Shown here: positions 9,845 to 20,240 of the stretch, piece by piece
How the letters are laid out: each line of letters opens with the position of its first letter
How positions within the stretch are numbered: the stretch's first letter is position 1
NCBI GenBank assembly: GCA_964428845.1
Contig: CAYRZH010000005.1
Coordinates: forward strand, 1,647 to 65,646
From: an uncultured Candidatus Saccharibacteria bacterium
GTDB taxonomy: Bacteria > Patescibacteriota > Minisyncoccia > Phycocordibacterales > DATGWK01
Length of the DNA stretch: 64,000 nucleotides
Direction: 5' to 3'
Notes under the pieces: generated by a model
The model's database searches: none
What the model was told of the DNA's origin: nothing
Seen by the model: only the letters and a program-made list of their open reading frames with translations
Program-made: the position numbers and the translations under genes

Positions 9845-11001
9845 AAGTCTTAAGTATAAGTACAGATAGAAATATTTTTAAGAAAGACAGTGCTGTACGG
9901 GCGCGAATGATAAAGTACGGAACACTTTTTGATGAGTTACATATCGTTGTTTTTACCAAAAATAGTCAGCCTGCAGAAACCGAGAAAATCTCCGGAAACA
10001 TCTGGGTTTACCCCACGAAATCATGGACCAAATGGCTATTCTTGAAAGATGCCAAAAGGATCGGTTCCAGTATTATAAAGACTCATAAATTTGAAAAAAC
10101 TAAGGACGTGGTGACTGTTCAGGATCCATTTGAGACTGGGCTGGTTGGATTGAAGCTTAAGAGAAACTTTAACTTACCTCTGCATGTGCAGATCCACACC
10201 GATTTTCTAAACCCATATTTTAAAACTCATTCACTTTCAAACTGGGTCAGGGTAATGATGGCGCAGAGAGTCATATCAAAAGCCGATGGCACGCGAGTGG
10301 TTTCAGAACGCATTAGATTTTCTTTAGAAAGAAGTAATCTTACACAAAAACCGATAATGGTATTGCCGGTATTTGTCGATATTGCAAAGTTCGAGGGGGC
10401 GGCAGGTAGCCATACCTCCGGTTCAAACCTAAAAGAAAAATATCCCCAATTTAACTTTATCATTCTCATGGCTTCACGTCTGACTACCGAGAAAAATATA
10501 CCTCTGGCGTTTGGAGTTATGCAGAAGCTTGTGGAAAAGTATCCTCGCGCAGGGCTGGTCGTAGTGGGAGAAGGGCCTCTGAAAAAATATTTACTGAATC
10601 TTACAAAAAAGCTCAATATCCACAAAAATGTAGTCTTTGAGAACTGGCAAAACGATCTTACTAATTACTACAGAACCGCCAATATATTTTTGTCGACCTC
10701 ACAGTATGAAGGATATGGTCTCTCTATGGTTGAAGCTACTGCTTCTCACTGTCTCGTCGTAGCGACTGATGCTGGAGTTGCTCCCGAGCTCTTGGGAAAC
10801 CAGGAAGGGTCGCTCGTTTGTCCGGTCGGGGATGCGAACTGTCTTTCCGAGAAGATAGAAAAACTTATTTCGGACACAGGTCTCCGAGAAAGCCTTGTTC
10901 ATGAAGCTTTTGGTAAACTTGACCGGGTCGTCGTGAGGAGTGAGAGTGGCTACTTAAAAAGTTACAAGGAAAGTATAATGAATGCCTTACAGAAAGAGTA
11001 A
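9841..11001 (+). CDS. Glycosyltransferase family 4
   Basis: SRLTTEKN, EGYGLSMVEA. Confidence 0.9.
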   Translation: MKVLSISTDRNIFKKDSAVRARMIKYGTLFDELHIVVFTKNSQPAETEKISGNIWVYPTKSWTKWLFLKDAKRIGSSIIKTHKFEKTKDVVTVQDPFETGLVGLKLKRNFNLPLHVQIHTDFLNPYFKTHSLSNWVRVMMAQRVISKADGTRVVSERIRFSLERSNLTQKPIMVLPVFVDIAKFEGAAGSHTSGSNLKEKYPQFNFIILMASRLTTEKNIPLAFGVMQKLVEKYPRAGLVVVGEGPLKKYLLNLTKKLNIHKNVVFENWQNDLTNYYRTANIFLSTSQYEGYGLSMVEATASHCLVVATDAGVAPELLGNQEGSLVCPVGDANCLSEKIEKLISDTGLRESLVHEAFGKLDRVVVRSESGYLKSYKESIMNALQKE

Positions 11002-12515
11002 TGAAAAAATTACTGATTATTACTCAAAAGATAGACAAAAGGGACAGTATCCTGGGCTTTTTTCATCGTTGGGTGGAGGAGTTTGCCACCAAGTTTGAGA
11101 AAATAACAGTTATTTGTCTTGAAAAAGGGGATGTTCATTTGCCTCCAAATGTAACGGTTCTTTCTCTTGGTAAAGAGAATGGTCGATCGAGAATAAAATA
11201 CTTAGTAAATTTCTATAGACATCTGTGGTTCGAGAAGGATAATTACGATGTTGTTTTTGTGCATATGAATGAAGAATACGTTCTTCTTGGGGGCGTCTTG
11301 TGGCATCTTCTCGGCAAAAAAGTCAGCATGTGGCGCAATCATCCGATAGGAGATTTAAAAACGAGAATTGCCGTTCTTCTTTGTAACAAGGTATTTGCTA
11401 CGTCCAAATATTCCTATACTGCTGGGTTTGGAAAAACAAAAATTATGCCAGTGGGTGTCGATACATCTACTTTCAGATTGCTCGGAAGCCAGGCTACTGC
11501 AGAAGATAGGAAACCTCGGTCGATACTTTTTCTTGCCCGCATTTCTCCGATCAAAAGACCCGACGTTCTCATCGATGCCCTGAAACTGCTTCGGAAATGG
11601 GGGAAAAAATTTAGTGCCTCGATCTACGGTGATCCTCTGCCAGAAGATCTGGAATATTACCAGGCCTTGAAAGATGAAGTCACCAAAAGTGGTCTCGGAG
11701 AATTGGTTGGTTTTTCTGCAGCAGTCCCAAATGATCAAACGGTATCCATATACAATAACCATGAAATTTTTGTGAACTTGAGTCCTAGTGGAATGTATGA
11801 CAAGACAATTTTCGAAGCGGCTCTTTGCGGAGCTCTAGTTCTCAATTCGAACGAAAATTTGGCAGGGAAGATAGATTCTAGGTTGCTCTTTAAAGAAGGT
11901 TCGGTCGAAGATTTGGCCCAAAAACTTAAGACTCTCTTGGATTTGAACGACCTTCAGAAAAAAGAACTGAAGGAACAGCTAAATGCTTATGCGCATAGCG
12001 AACATTCTCTATTTGCTCTGGCGGGTCGACTCCAAAAAGAGTTGGATTTTAAACAAACCCTAATAGGGAAAATGATTAGTTTAGTTTTTCATAATCGTCT
12101 GTTTGTCAGATATCAGAAACTTTATAGGTATCTAGTTTCTGGCGGTACTTCGGCGTTTGTTGATCTGGGGTTCTTGTTTTTTTTCACCTCTGTCCTAGAG
12201 ATCTGGTACCTAGCGTCATCGGTTCTGGCGTTCATAATCGCCGTTGGGGTTAGTTTCGTGATGCAGAAATTCTGGACTTTCAGGGACCATTCGACCGAAG
12301 GCTGGAAAGCTCAAGCGGGCCTATACCTAGCCATTATTTCGACCAATAACCTCGGCCTAAACACCATTCTTATGTATGTATTTGTGGATCATCTCCACAT
12401 CCACTATTTTCTCTCCCAGTTTGTCATAAGTGGTCTTATTGCGATTGAGAGTTATTTTGTATACCAAATTTTTGTTTTTAGGAAAAAAGGACACCAAAGG
12501 AACCATGCCCAATAA
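11001..12515 (+). CDS. GT4 glycosyltransferase fused to a C-terminal GtrA-like domain
   Basis: ARISPIKR, DKTIFEAA in the GT4 part; C-terminal RYLVSGGTSAFVDLG...FVMQKFWTF four-TM GtrA pattern. Confidence 0.85.
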   Translation: MKKLLIITQKIDKRDSILGFFHRWVEEFATKFEKITVICLEKGDVHLPPNVTVLSLGKENGRSRIKYLVNFYRHLWFEKDNYDVVFVHMNEEYVLLGGVLWHLLGKKVSMWRNHPIGDLKTRIAVLLCNKVFATSKYSYTAGFGKTKIMPVGVDTSTFRLLGSQATAEDRKPRSILFLARISPIKRPDVLIDALKLLRKWGKKFSASIYGDPLPEDLEYYQALKDEVTKSGLGELVGFSAAVPNDQTVSIYNNHEIFVNLSPSGMYDKTIFEAALCGALVLNSNENLAGKIDSRLLFKEGSVEDLAQKLKTLLDLNDLQKKELKEQLNAYAHSEHSLFALAGRLQKELDFKQTLIGKMISLVFHNRLFVRYQKLYRYLVSGGTSAFVDLGFLFFFTSVLEIWYLASSVLAFIIAVGVSFVMQKFWTFRDHSTEGWKAQAGLYLAIISTNNLGLNTILMYVFVDHLHIHYFLSQFVISGLIAIESYFVYQIFVFRKKGHQRNHAQ

Positions 12516-14175
12516 AAAAATCACATTTATCGTCATAGCCTTTCTCCTGGTTTTCTTTTTGATTAGAATGCCTGGCTTAGACTTGCCTTATCACCAAGAT
12601 GAATGGAAAAATGTTTCTGCGTCATCGGGCGTGGAGGAGGCTGGGAAGTTTTTTGCTCATCCGCCACTTATGCAGATGATTCTTGTTCTCGGCTATCAGA
12701 TTTTTGGGGTTACATACTTTAGATTTTTACCACTCATTTTTTCTCTTGCATCAGCGATCCTCCTGTATTTTGTTGTGAGAAGTCGATTAGGAGGAAAGGC
12801 AGCAATTTGGTCACTTGCTATTTTTACGGTCCTTTTCTACAACATTTTAGGCTCGCTTGTGCCGGATGTTGATGGTGCCATATTGCCGTTCCTTTTTCTT
12901 TTCTCTGTATATCTCTACGACAAGTGGAATGCTGCTCCAGTAGGCGAGAAAACAAAGTGGTTTATTTTTATGATCACCGTACTTTTAGTCGGCTTCTTAA
13001 CCAAATTGAGTTTTATTTTGGTGGTTGGGGCACTCGCTCTCGACTACATCATTGGAAACTGGCGAAACATGAATCCTAAAAGGATTAGCTACGTGGCTTT
13101 GGTAGCTGCTCTCTTCGGAGCTCTCTATGTCGTGCTTCTGTATGTCATCAAGATTCTCTATCCAGCTTTTGATATAAGCATTATGATGGGTCATGCCAAC
13201 CAGTATTCTGAAGGCATAGGCCGGAACTGGATACAGATAGTAGTGCAGGGCGTCAAAGCGCTTTTTTATCTTTCACCACTTGCACTTGTCCCATTATTTT
13301 TTATTTCGAGGGATACTTTAAAAAGCACTCGAGTTTTTAATATTTATTTAGTTCTGGGTCTTATTTTCTATTTTATTATCTTCGACTTTTCGAGAGGGGC
13401 ACTCGATAAATATTTGATGTTCGCGATTATCCCGCTTGCGGTTTTGGTTGGTTCCATATTTGCAAAGATTTTTGGGACGAAAGTAGACAAAAACTTTTGG
13501 CGACTGTTTTTCCCGATAGGGCTAATCCTTTCTTTTGGTCTTATTTTGCTTAATTTCCTGACACACGCTGTCTTGCCTCTTTACCCAAAAACTCTCTGGT
13601 TTAGCCGCGTTTTGCACGGGGATTGGCTCATACTGAACCCTTTCAATGGAGGTTCTGGACCCCTGGGTTTTTATGTTTCCTTTTTGTTTATTGCTATGGC
13701 CTTTATTGTTGCACTAGCCCTTGTCTGTGTTGGCTTATTTAAGAAAGAATGGCAACAAGGTATCGCTCTGGTAATAATTTTGATCGGGTTCTCATACAAT
13801 GCAGTTTTTGCAGAAGAATTGTTTTTTGGAAAAATAAACGGAAGTGCGCCGGAGGCACTCGCGGAGGCAGTAAATTTTATCGAACATGACGAAGATATAA
13901 AGAGCGTTCTCACTTACAACGATACTGGAGCGGGCCTACTTGCCAAAGTCGGAAAGTACGCTGGGCGTATATATGCCACACCGGAGTCTGAAGGTAAGTA
14001 CAAGGAGATTTTTTCTAACCACACAGCTAAAGGAGGGCATTTCTTGGTGGTCGGTATTCCACCTCTTGGGACAGAAACTTTCTATGGGAAATTTTTTGCC
14101 GAGTGTGATAGTCTCTATGAATCGATATCAGGCCGGGTGCACGCAAATGTATACAAGTGTGATATTTTCAAGTGA
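12505..14175 (+). CDS. GT-C fold (PMT/ArnT-like) membrane glycosyltransferase
   Basis: N-terminal TM followed by HQDE and HPPL; more than 10 TM segments; LTK motif. Confidence 0.78.
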   Translation: MPNKKITFIVIAFLLVFFLIRMPGLDLPYHQDEWKNVSASSGVEEAGKFFAHPPLMQMILVLGYQIFGVTYFRFLPLIFSLASAILLYFVVRSRLGGKAAIWSLAIFTVLFYNILGSLVPDVDGAILPFLFLFSVYLYDKWNAAPVGEKTKWFIFMITVLLVGFLTKLSFILVVGALALDYIIGNWRNMNPKRISYVALVAALFGALYVVLLYVIKILYPAFDISIMMGHANQYSEGIGRNWIQIVVQGVKALFYLSPLALVPLFFISRDTLKSTRVFNIYLVLGLIFYFIIFDFSRGALDKYLMFAIIPLAVLVGSIFAKIFGTKVDKNFWRLFFPIGLILSFGLILLNFLTHAVLPLYPKTLWFSRVLHGDWLILNPFNGGSGPLGFYVSFLFIAMAFIVALALVCVGLFKKEWQQGIALVIILIGFSYNAVFAEELFFGKINGSAPEALAEAVNFIEHDEDIKSVLTYNDTGAGLLAKVGKYAGRIYATPESEGKYKEIFSNHTAKGGHFLVVGIPPLGTETFYGKFFAECDSLYESISGRVHANVYKCDIFK

Positions 14176-14201
14176 TTTCCTAATACAGGATATACAATAC
14201 A

Positions 14202-15521
14202 ATGAGTTCTACGAGTTCTACAATCGAAACAAAATTCAGAGAGATTCCAACACCACGGGCTTTTTGGAAGCGATACTATTACGACTACACAAAATCTTTT
14301 ATCAAGTTTTTGACACCAAATCATGCCAGAGTTTTTTTTGTTGATCAGGTAGTGGCTGAAAAAAATAAAAAAGTAGATTTTGCCAAAGGGAATCTAGCTG
14401 AAGGATATGACTACGTCGTAGCCCAGGACGTTCTTGGATATATCCACGATATCGAATTATTTTTGCGACAGGCGGCCGGTGCTACTGTGCCAGATGGTCG
14501 CATCATAATTACTCAATATAGCGCACTGTGGGAGCCAATCTTGCGCTTAGCTTCCAAGATCGGACTAAGAAATCGCATCGTCGAACAAAATTGGATCTCG
14601 ATTGGTGATCTAAAAAACTTCGCACAACTAGCTGGACTCGAGGTCTTCAAATCTGGGACAAAAATGCTTATACCGGCTCATATTCCTCTCATCTCATATT
14701 TGTTCAATAAAATCTTAGCAAATATCTGGCCATTTAATCACGCTGGCTTGCTTCACTACGCTGTAATCCGCAAACCACTTGTTCCTGTTTTCAACAAAAA
14801 ACCATCGTTCTCAATTGTTGTCCCTGCTCGCAACGAAGCAGGTACAATCGAAAAAATTGCCCGAGAGCTACCTGATGTGGGCTCGTTTACAGAGATCATT
14901 TTTATCGAAGGGAATTCTACTGACAACACTTGGGCCGAGATAGAGAGGGTCGCAAAGGAAGTGAAAGGTTCAAAAAGAATAAAATTTGCGAAACAGGAGG
15001 GGAAGGGGAAAGGGGATGCTGTTAGAAAAGGTTTTGATATGGCAGAAGGGGATATTCTTGCTATATACGACGCAGACATGACCGTACCGCCGGAAGACGT
15101 AGCTAGGTTCTATGAAATAATTCTTGAAAACAAAGCCGACTTTGTAAATGGTTCACGTCTTATATATCCACTCGAGAAAGAATCAATGAGAGTTCTAAAT
15201 TTCTTCGGTAATAAATTCTTCAGCATGGCTTTTAGTTGGATTCTTTCTCAACCACTCAAAGATACACTTTGTGGTACGAAAGTATTGAGAAGAAAAGATT
15301 ACGAGAAAATTAAACAAAACAGAAGCTTTTTCGGCGACTTCGATCCTTTCGGCGACTTCGATCTACTCTTTGGGGCGGCCAAACTTAATCTAAGAATAAT
15401 AGATCTACCGATCCACTATCGCGAACGTGTATATGGTCGAACAAACATTAGTCGCTTCAGGCATGGCCTGCTCCTGCTTCGCATGACCTTTTTTGCGGCT
15501 CGTAAGCTCAAATTTATATGA
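14202..15521 (+). CDS. Degenerate methyltransferase-like domain fused to GT2 glycosyltransferase
   Basis: SIVVPARNEAG, EGNSTD, GKGDAV, YDAD, DTLCGTK, FGDFDPFGDFDLLFGAAK. Confidence 0.88.
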   Translation: MSSTSSTIETKFREIPTPRAFWKRYYYDYTKSFIKFLTPNHARVFFVDQVVAEKNKKVDFAKGNLAEGYDYVVAQDVLGYIHDIELFLRQAAGATVPDGRIIITQYSALWEPILRLASKIGLRNRIVEQNWISIGDLKNFAQLAGLEVFKSGTKMLIPAHIPLISYLFNKILANIWPFNHAGLLHYAVIRKPLVPVFNKKPSFSIVVPARNEAGTIEKIARELPDVGSFTEIIFIEGNSTDNTWAEIERVAKEVKGSKRIKFAKQEGKGKGDAVRKGFDMAEGDILAIYDADMTVPPEDVARFYEIILENKADFVNGSRLIYPLEKESMRVLNFFGNKFFSMAFSWILSQPLKDTLCGTKVLRRKDYEKIKQNRSFFGDFDPFGDFDLLFGAAKLNLRIIDLPIHYRERVYGRTNISRFRHGLLLLRMTFFAARKLKFI

Positions 15522-17257
15522 GGTTCGGTCTTACAAAGGATATGGGTAAAAAAAGTGTCTATCTTCTGATTGCAATCATTTTGGTCTCGGTATTTTTTCG
15601 AACTTGGAATATGACCAGTTTTGATGTTTCTGGAGATCATGCCTTAAACTCGCTGCGTTCTCTGGGGTGGCTCGACTATATACCAGGGGAAGGGCAAACG
15701 GGCCCAATCCAGTGGTTTGAAACCCGTCCCTCGTGGGCGGCCTGGTCGTTTCAAGACGCACCTCCGCTTGTTTTTATTATCCAGCATATAAGTTTTTTGT
15801 TTTTTGGTGATAATACATTTGCAGCTCGTTTACCGTTTGTTTTGGCGGGGATTTTGACCACCTTAATAATTTTCTTGCTTCTGAAGAAATACACCGATCA
15901 GAGGTCCGCTTTGATCGGCTCGGCATTATTTGCCATTTCTTCATATGCCGTCTGGGCAAGCCTAACTGGCTATCTGGAGGGCGTTCTGGTCTTTTTTCTT
16001 GCTCTTAGCCTATTTTTTGCCCTACCGTGGGTTACTGTAGGCGGAGGGAAAAAGAAATATCTCTGGCCTTTATTTGCGGCTTTCTCGCTTATGTCAAAAT
16101 ACACCGCTCTTTTTATCCTTCCGGCTGCAGCTGTTTCGTTTCTAGTATATTGGAGAGGCAGAGTATTTAATAAGAAAATACTCAAACATCTTGCGGTATC
16201 GTTTGTTATATTTGTGGTCATTCTTCTACCGTTAATTAACTACAACATTCATGTTTATAAGGCCCGCGGACACTTCGACTCCTCGCTCTCATCTCTCGTA
16301 GGAATATCTTCTCCAGACTTCTCTATCTTGGGTGATCGTCACGCTACGTTGGACATCGTGGGGAATGTGACATCGATGAAGAGTGTTCTCCTGGGTTCTA
16401 ATTCGTTACCATATCTGTTCCTATTTATATTTTCTGTTATCTGGCTCGTTGTTAGGTTTTTCATGAGAAGGAATAGTTTATTTGAAAATGTTCTTCTTCT
16501 CCACGTCATATTTCTAATCACCATGCTTGCTTTTTCGAGTAGTAATGCTGTGAGGATTCTCTCGGTCTTTTCTTTGTTTATGGCCACAACGTCAGCGATA
16601 TTTGTTGTTTCTTTCCATCGATTCCTAGTTTCAAGGAATAAAATTTTATCACACATATTTTTTGTGTTGTTTGCTATTATTTTTATAGCTGAAACTCTGT
16701 TTTCTCTAAACACCAACGTTCTGTCAAAACCTATTGGTTTTAAACCAGATCGTGCATCATCTTTTCTATATTCACCTTCGAGGATTTATGATAATGGTTG
16801 GAACGATATGGAGAGATATGTCGAGAAAAATATTATTTTAAAAAGAAACCCTATAGTGACAGCTACACGTTCGGAAGATATCACTCGTATTGATGACGAG
16901 ATTTATTTTAAAGGTCAGAACGTTCTTTTGTACGACGAACGGTTGAACTGGTTCAATCTATCGTGGTATTCCTATAAGTATCTAATTTATTATAAATTTC
17001 CTCTTTTTAAGGCTTCGGTGCTTGGAGAAGGCCTCGGCGGGAAAAGTTTTATTTCACAGGTCGACAGTATTGGAGCGAAACACATATACTTCATATACGG
17101 GATGGATGATGTCGTCTTGGATACTGTAAAGAAGCATGGCCCGGTTGCGGAAAGTACTAAGGCCTATAAGGAGGTACTAGATAAAGAGAAGGTTCCGTTT
17201 GAAGAAATAAAAGGTGCAGATGGTGGTGTGACGTTTAGGATTTATAAGATGAGATAA
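15518..17257 (+). CDS. GT-C fold (ArnT/PMT-like) membrane glycosyltransferase
   Basis: DAPPL, AARLP, SKYTA; multiple TM segments; soluble C-terminal domain. Confidence 0.8.
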   Translation: MRFGLTKDMGKKSVYLLIAIILVSVFFRTWNMTSFDVSGDHALNSLRSLGWLDYIPGEGQTGPIQWFETRPSWAAWSFQDAPPLVFIIQHISFLFFGDNTFAARLPFVLAGILTTLIIFLLLKKYTDQRSALIGSALFAISSYAVWASLTGYLEGVLVFFLALSLFFALPWVTVGGGKKKYLWPLFAAFSLMSKYTALFILPAAAVSFLVYWRGRVFNKKILKHLAVSFVIFVVILLPLINYNIHVYKARGHFDSSLSSLVGISSPDFSILGDRHATLDIVGNVTSMKSVLLGSNSLPYLFLFIFSVIWLVVRFFMRRNSLFENVLLLHVIFLITMLAFSSSNAVRILSVFSLFMATTSAIFVVSFHRFLVSRNKILSHIFFVLFAIIFIAETLFSLNTNVLSKPIGFKPDRASSFLYSPSRIYDNGWNDMERYVEKNIILKRNPIVTATRSEDITRIDDEIYFKGQNVLLYDERLNWFNLSWYSYKYLIYYKFPLFKASVLGEGLGGKSFISQVDSIGAKHIYFIYGMDDVVLDTVKKHGPVAESTKAYKEVLDKEKVPFEEIKGADGGVTFRIYKMR

Positions 17258-17261
17258 CACA

Positions 17262-19037
17262 ATGAGGCTTTCAATAATTGTTCCAGTTTTCAATGAGCTT
17301 CGTACTCTTGAAAAAGTTCTACAAAGAATAAAACATACGCAACTCCAGGCAGGAATTGAGAAAGAGATTATTGTTGTCGACGATTTTTCAATCGATGGAA
17401 CGCGCGACCTCATTCAAAAATTGAAGGATGAGTACAAATTAAAAGTCATCCTTCAAGATAAAAACCGTGGTAAGGGGGCGGCAATACGAGCAGGGTTAAA
17501 AGCTGTGAGCGGCGATTTTGCAATAATTCAAGATGCTGACCTGGAGTATGACCCAAATGAATATGCGCAACTGCTCTCTCCAATTGTTGATAGAAAAACA
17601 GAAGTTGTGTATGGATCTAGATTCTTGGGCAAGCGTCAGATCGATCTCTTTTCTCTAAATTATTTCGCCAACAGAGTCTTAACAATAATTTCAAACTTTT
17701 TCACTGGTTTCCGGCTTACTGACATGGAGACTTGCTATAAAGTTTTTTCACAAAAAGCTCTTCAGAAAATTGCCCCAATACTTCAGTCAGACAGATTTGA
17801 TATCGAGCCAGAGATAACCGCGATGGTGGCAAGATATGGTTTTTCGATTATCGAGAGGCCGATTTCTTATAAACCCAGGACAATCAATGAGGGAAAAAAG
17901 ATAAAGTGGCGTGATGGTATTTCGGCAATCCGATCAATTGTGAAGTTTGGCTTGCCCGGGCTTTGGGGGCGCAGAACCTGGCTTTTAAGCCTAATCCTAT
18001 CCCTGACCACCCTAGCTATTTTGTTCGGTATTTTTTTAGGTCCAAACATCCTTGGTGATACTCCATCATATCTTCAGGCCATCGAAGTATTGAGCGGCTC
18101 AAAAATATCTTCGGACTTTGTTCCAAACAGGATTCTCACATCTTTTCTTGGTCTTCAGTCTATCGGTGTGATTTCAAACATAACTGGCAGTGTATTATCT
18201 GCTTGGTTTTTGTTAAATCTCTTTTTATATTTTATCGGTTGTCTATTCTTCTTTAAACTGCTTGTCAGAATGTTTGAAGACCAGAGGCTTGCCTATATCG
18301 GTTCAATGTTTCTTGCCGCTAATTATGCTTTCCTTACGTTTGGTATGAATTATTTGATGGATATAGGGGGTTGGACCTTCTACATTTTATCGTTATATTT
18401 CCTTTGGAAGTACGGTCAAACCAAAAAGACTACAGATATTTTGTTATCAGCCTCAATGATTGGGGTGGGTGCCCTTTTTAAGGAATATGCTTTTCTATCT
18501 GCTGTTGCAATTGCTATTTTTCTCATTATTGAGAACCATAGAGATATAAAAGTTCTTCTCAAAAGAGCATTTCAAACTGCTCTGGTCGCTCTTATTCCTT
18601 CCGTACTTCTTTATATATATGTCTATTCTCGTTTTGGCTATACATATCTAGATTGGTTTAGTTTCAATTCTCGTTACTATATTTATCCCTCGCGCATTGT
18701 CGAATATATCAAAGCCTTCGGTTCTCTCGTAAACGTCTTGGCATTATTGTTTATCGCTGGTTTATATGGAATTTACAAGGGTTGGAAAGAAGTCGAAACA
18801 AGGAAGAAAGTCTTTTTGTTATCAGTTTTTCTCTCGATTTTGCCTATTTTCCTTTGGCCAGCAATCACACAAAGAATACTTACAATCACGATTCCATTTA
18901 TAGTTATAGTTTCGTGCTTCCTTTTTAAGAGATATGGCAGACAATATTTCATTTTCATACCTATTTTGGTTATATATACTGTAGCTTCTTTTTTCATGGA
19001 TTCTTTTATTTTGGGTGCAATCAACTTGCCTCTGTAA
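17262..19037 (+). CDS. GT2 (polyprenyl-phosphate sugar synthase-like) fused to a GT-C-like multi-TM domain
   Basis: IIVPVFNE, VDDFSIDGT, GKGAA, QDADLEYDP, YGSRF, DMETCYK; followed by about 10 TM segments with an LFKE motif. Confidence 0.85.
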   Translation: MRLSIIVPVFNELRTLEKVLQRIKHTQLQAGIEKEIIVVDDFSIDGTRDLIQKLKDEYKLKVILQDKNRGKGAAIRAGLKAVSGDFAIIQDADLEYDPNEYAQLLSPIVDRKTEVVYGSRFLGKRQIDLFSLNYFANRVLTIISNFFTGFRLTDMETCYKVFSQKALQKIAPILQSDRFDIEPEITAMVARYGFSIIERPISYKPRTINEGKKIKWRDGISAIRSIVKFGLPGLWGRRTWLLSLILSLTTLAILFGIFLGPNILGDTPSYLQAIEVLSGSKISSDFVPNRILTSFLGLQSIGVISNITGSVLSAWFLLNLFLYFIGCLFFFKLLVRMFEDQRLAYIGSMFLAANYAFLTFGMNYLMDIGGWTFYILSLYFLWKYGQTKKTTDILLSASMIGVGALFKEYAFLSAVAIAIFLIIENHRDIKVLLKRAFQTALVALIPSVLLYIYVYSRFGYTYLDWFSFNSRYYIYPSRIVEYIKAFGSLVNVLALLFIAGLYGIYKGWKEVETRKKVFLLSVFLSILPIFLWPAITQRILTITIPFIVIVSCFLFKRYGRQYFIFIPILVIYTVASFFMDSFILGAINLPL

Positions 19038-19046
19038 ACATCAAAT

Positions 19047-20111
19047 ATGAAAATATGTTATTTCGGAATTTATGATCCAGAGTTTGGCCGCAATAAAGTC
19101 TACATTTCTGGTTTGAAAAAAAACGGGGTAGAGATCGTCGAATGTCGAGATAATTCTCGGGGAATATTAAAATACTTTAAACTCTGGCGCCGCCATAGGG
19201 CGATTGTAAGGGCTGGTGGGTACGATGTGCTTATTGTTGGCTATCCTGGACATATTGTTGTTCCGTTTGCAAAATTTTTGTCCAAAAAACCGGTTATTTT
19301 TGACGCACTATGCACCCTTTATGAGGGGGAGATCGTCTCACGTGATAAATATCGATGGAACCTAATTATGAGGGGGTGGGTAAATCTTATTGATCATGCC
19401 GCAGTGCTAACTGCCGATCTTATTTTTGTTGAAACTAATGCACAACGAGAATTTTTTATTAAAAGATTTTCACTTCCACCAAAGAAGATCTCGAGGATTT
19501 TTACTGGCGTAGACGAAGAGATTTTCCACTTATATCCGGAAGTAAAAAAGAAAAATCGTTTTACTGCCGTTTTCCGAGGCAAATTTCTCCCAGAAGCTGG
19601 GGTAGCTCATATTATTCAGGCCGCCAAAATCCTTGAAAATCAAGATGTGGATTTCCTTATTCTCGGCCACGGATTTCTTGAAAATGAAGTCCGTTCTCTC
19701 ATTGAGAAGACTAAAGCTAAAAATATCGAATGGGTTTCGGAAAAGCTATCGTTTGCTGAATTGGTGAAAAGGATGTCCGAATGCCATGTTTTGCTCGGTC
19801 AGTTTGAAAAACACGAGCGTTTGGAGCGAACCATTCCGCATAAGGCCTTCGAGGCCTTGGCACTTGGGCTACCGTACGTTACCGCGCGAGCTCGCGGGAT
19901 TTCCGAACTACTAACTGATGGAAAAGATTGTTTTATGGTTGGTCCAGCTAATTCAAATGAAATCGCTGACAAATTAATTTTCATGAAAAATAATCGAAAT
20001 TTACTGGAGAATATTTCCCGAAATGGCCTCCATTTGTTTCAGGAAAAATTAACATCGGCAAAACTTGCGGAAGATATTGTGGAGGTTATCGCGCGAATTA
20101 AAAAAAATTAG
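19047..20111 (+). CDS. Glycosyltransferase family 4
   Basis: FRGKFLPEAG, IPHKAFEALALGLP. Confidence 0.88.
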   Translation: MKICYFGIYDPEFGRNKVYISGLKKNGVEIVECRDNSRGILKYFKLWRRHRAIVRAGGYDVLIVGYPGHIVVPFAKFLSKKPVIFDALCTLYEGEIVSRDKYRWNLIMRGWVNLIDHAAVLTADLIFVETNAQREFFIKRFSLPPKKISRIFTGVDEEIFHLYPEVKKKNRFTAVFRGKFLPEAGVAHIIQAAKILENQDVDFLILGHGFLENEVRSLIEKTKAKNIEWVSEKLSFAELVKRMSECHVLLGQFEKHERLERTIPHKAFEALALGLPYVTARARGISELLTDGKDCFMVGPANSNEIADKLIFMKNNRNLLENISRNGLHLFQEKLTSAKLAEDIVEVIARIKKN

Positions 20112-20148
20112 ATAGAGTAATAAGATATGGGGGTAATATTACTCGTAG

Positions 20149-20176
20149 TTGACATTTGTGCTAGTTTGTGTAATCA
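20149..20176 (+). promoter_or_regulatory. Putative promoter of Nudix unit A
   Basis: TTGACA at 20149-20154; the -10 is less clear (TGTAATCA around 20169-20176); SD GAAAGGA before ATG 20241. Confidence 0.5.
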
Positions 20177-20240
20177 TTAAGTCAGGACATCCTTCAAGTA
20201 CAAATCGAAACGAAACCACCCTTTTGAAAGGAATAGAAAC

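Noticed and set aside
15331-15363. Tandem repeat TCGGCGACTTCGATC x2
   Set aside because: It encodes the GDFDPFGDFD protein motif of this GT2 family; it is not a CRISPR or mobile repeat.
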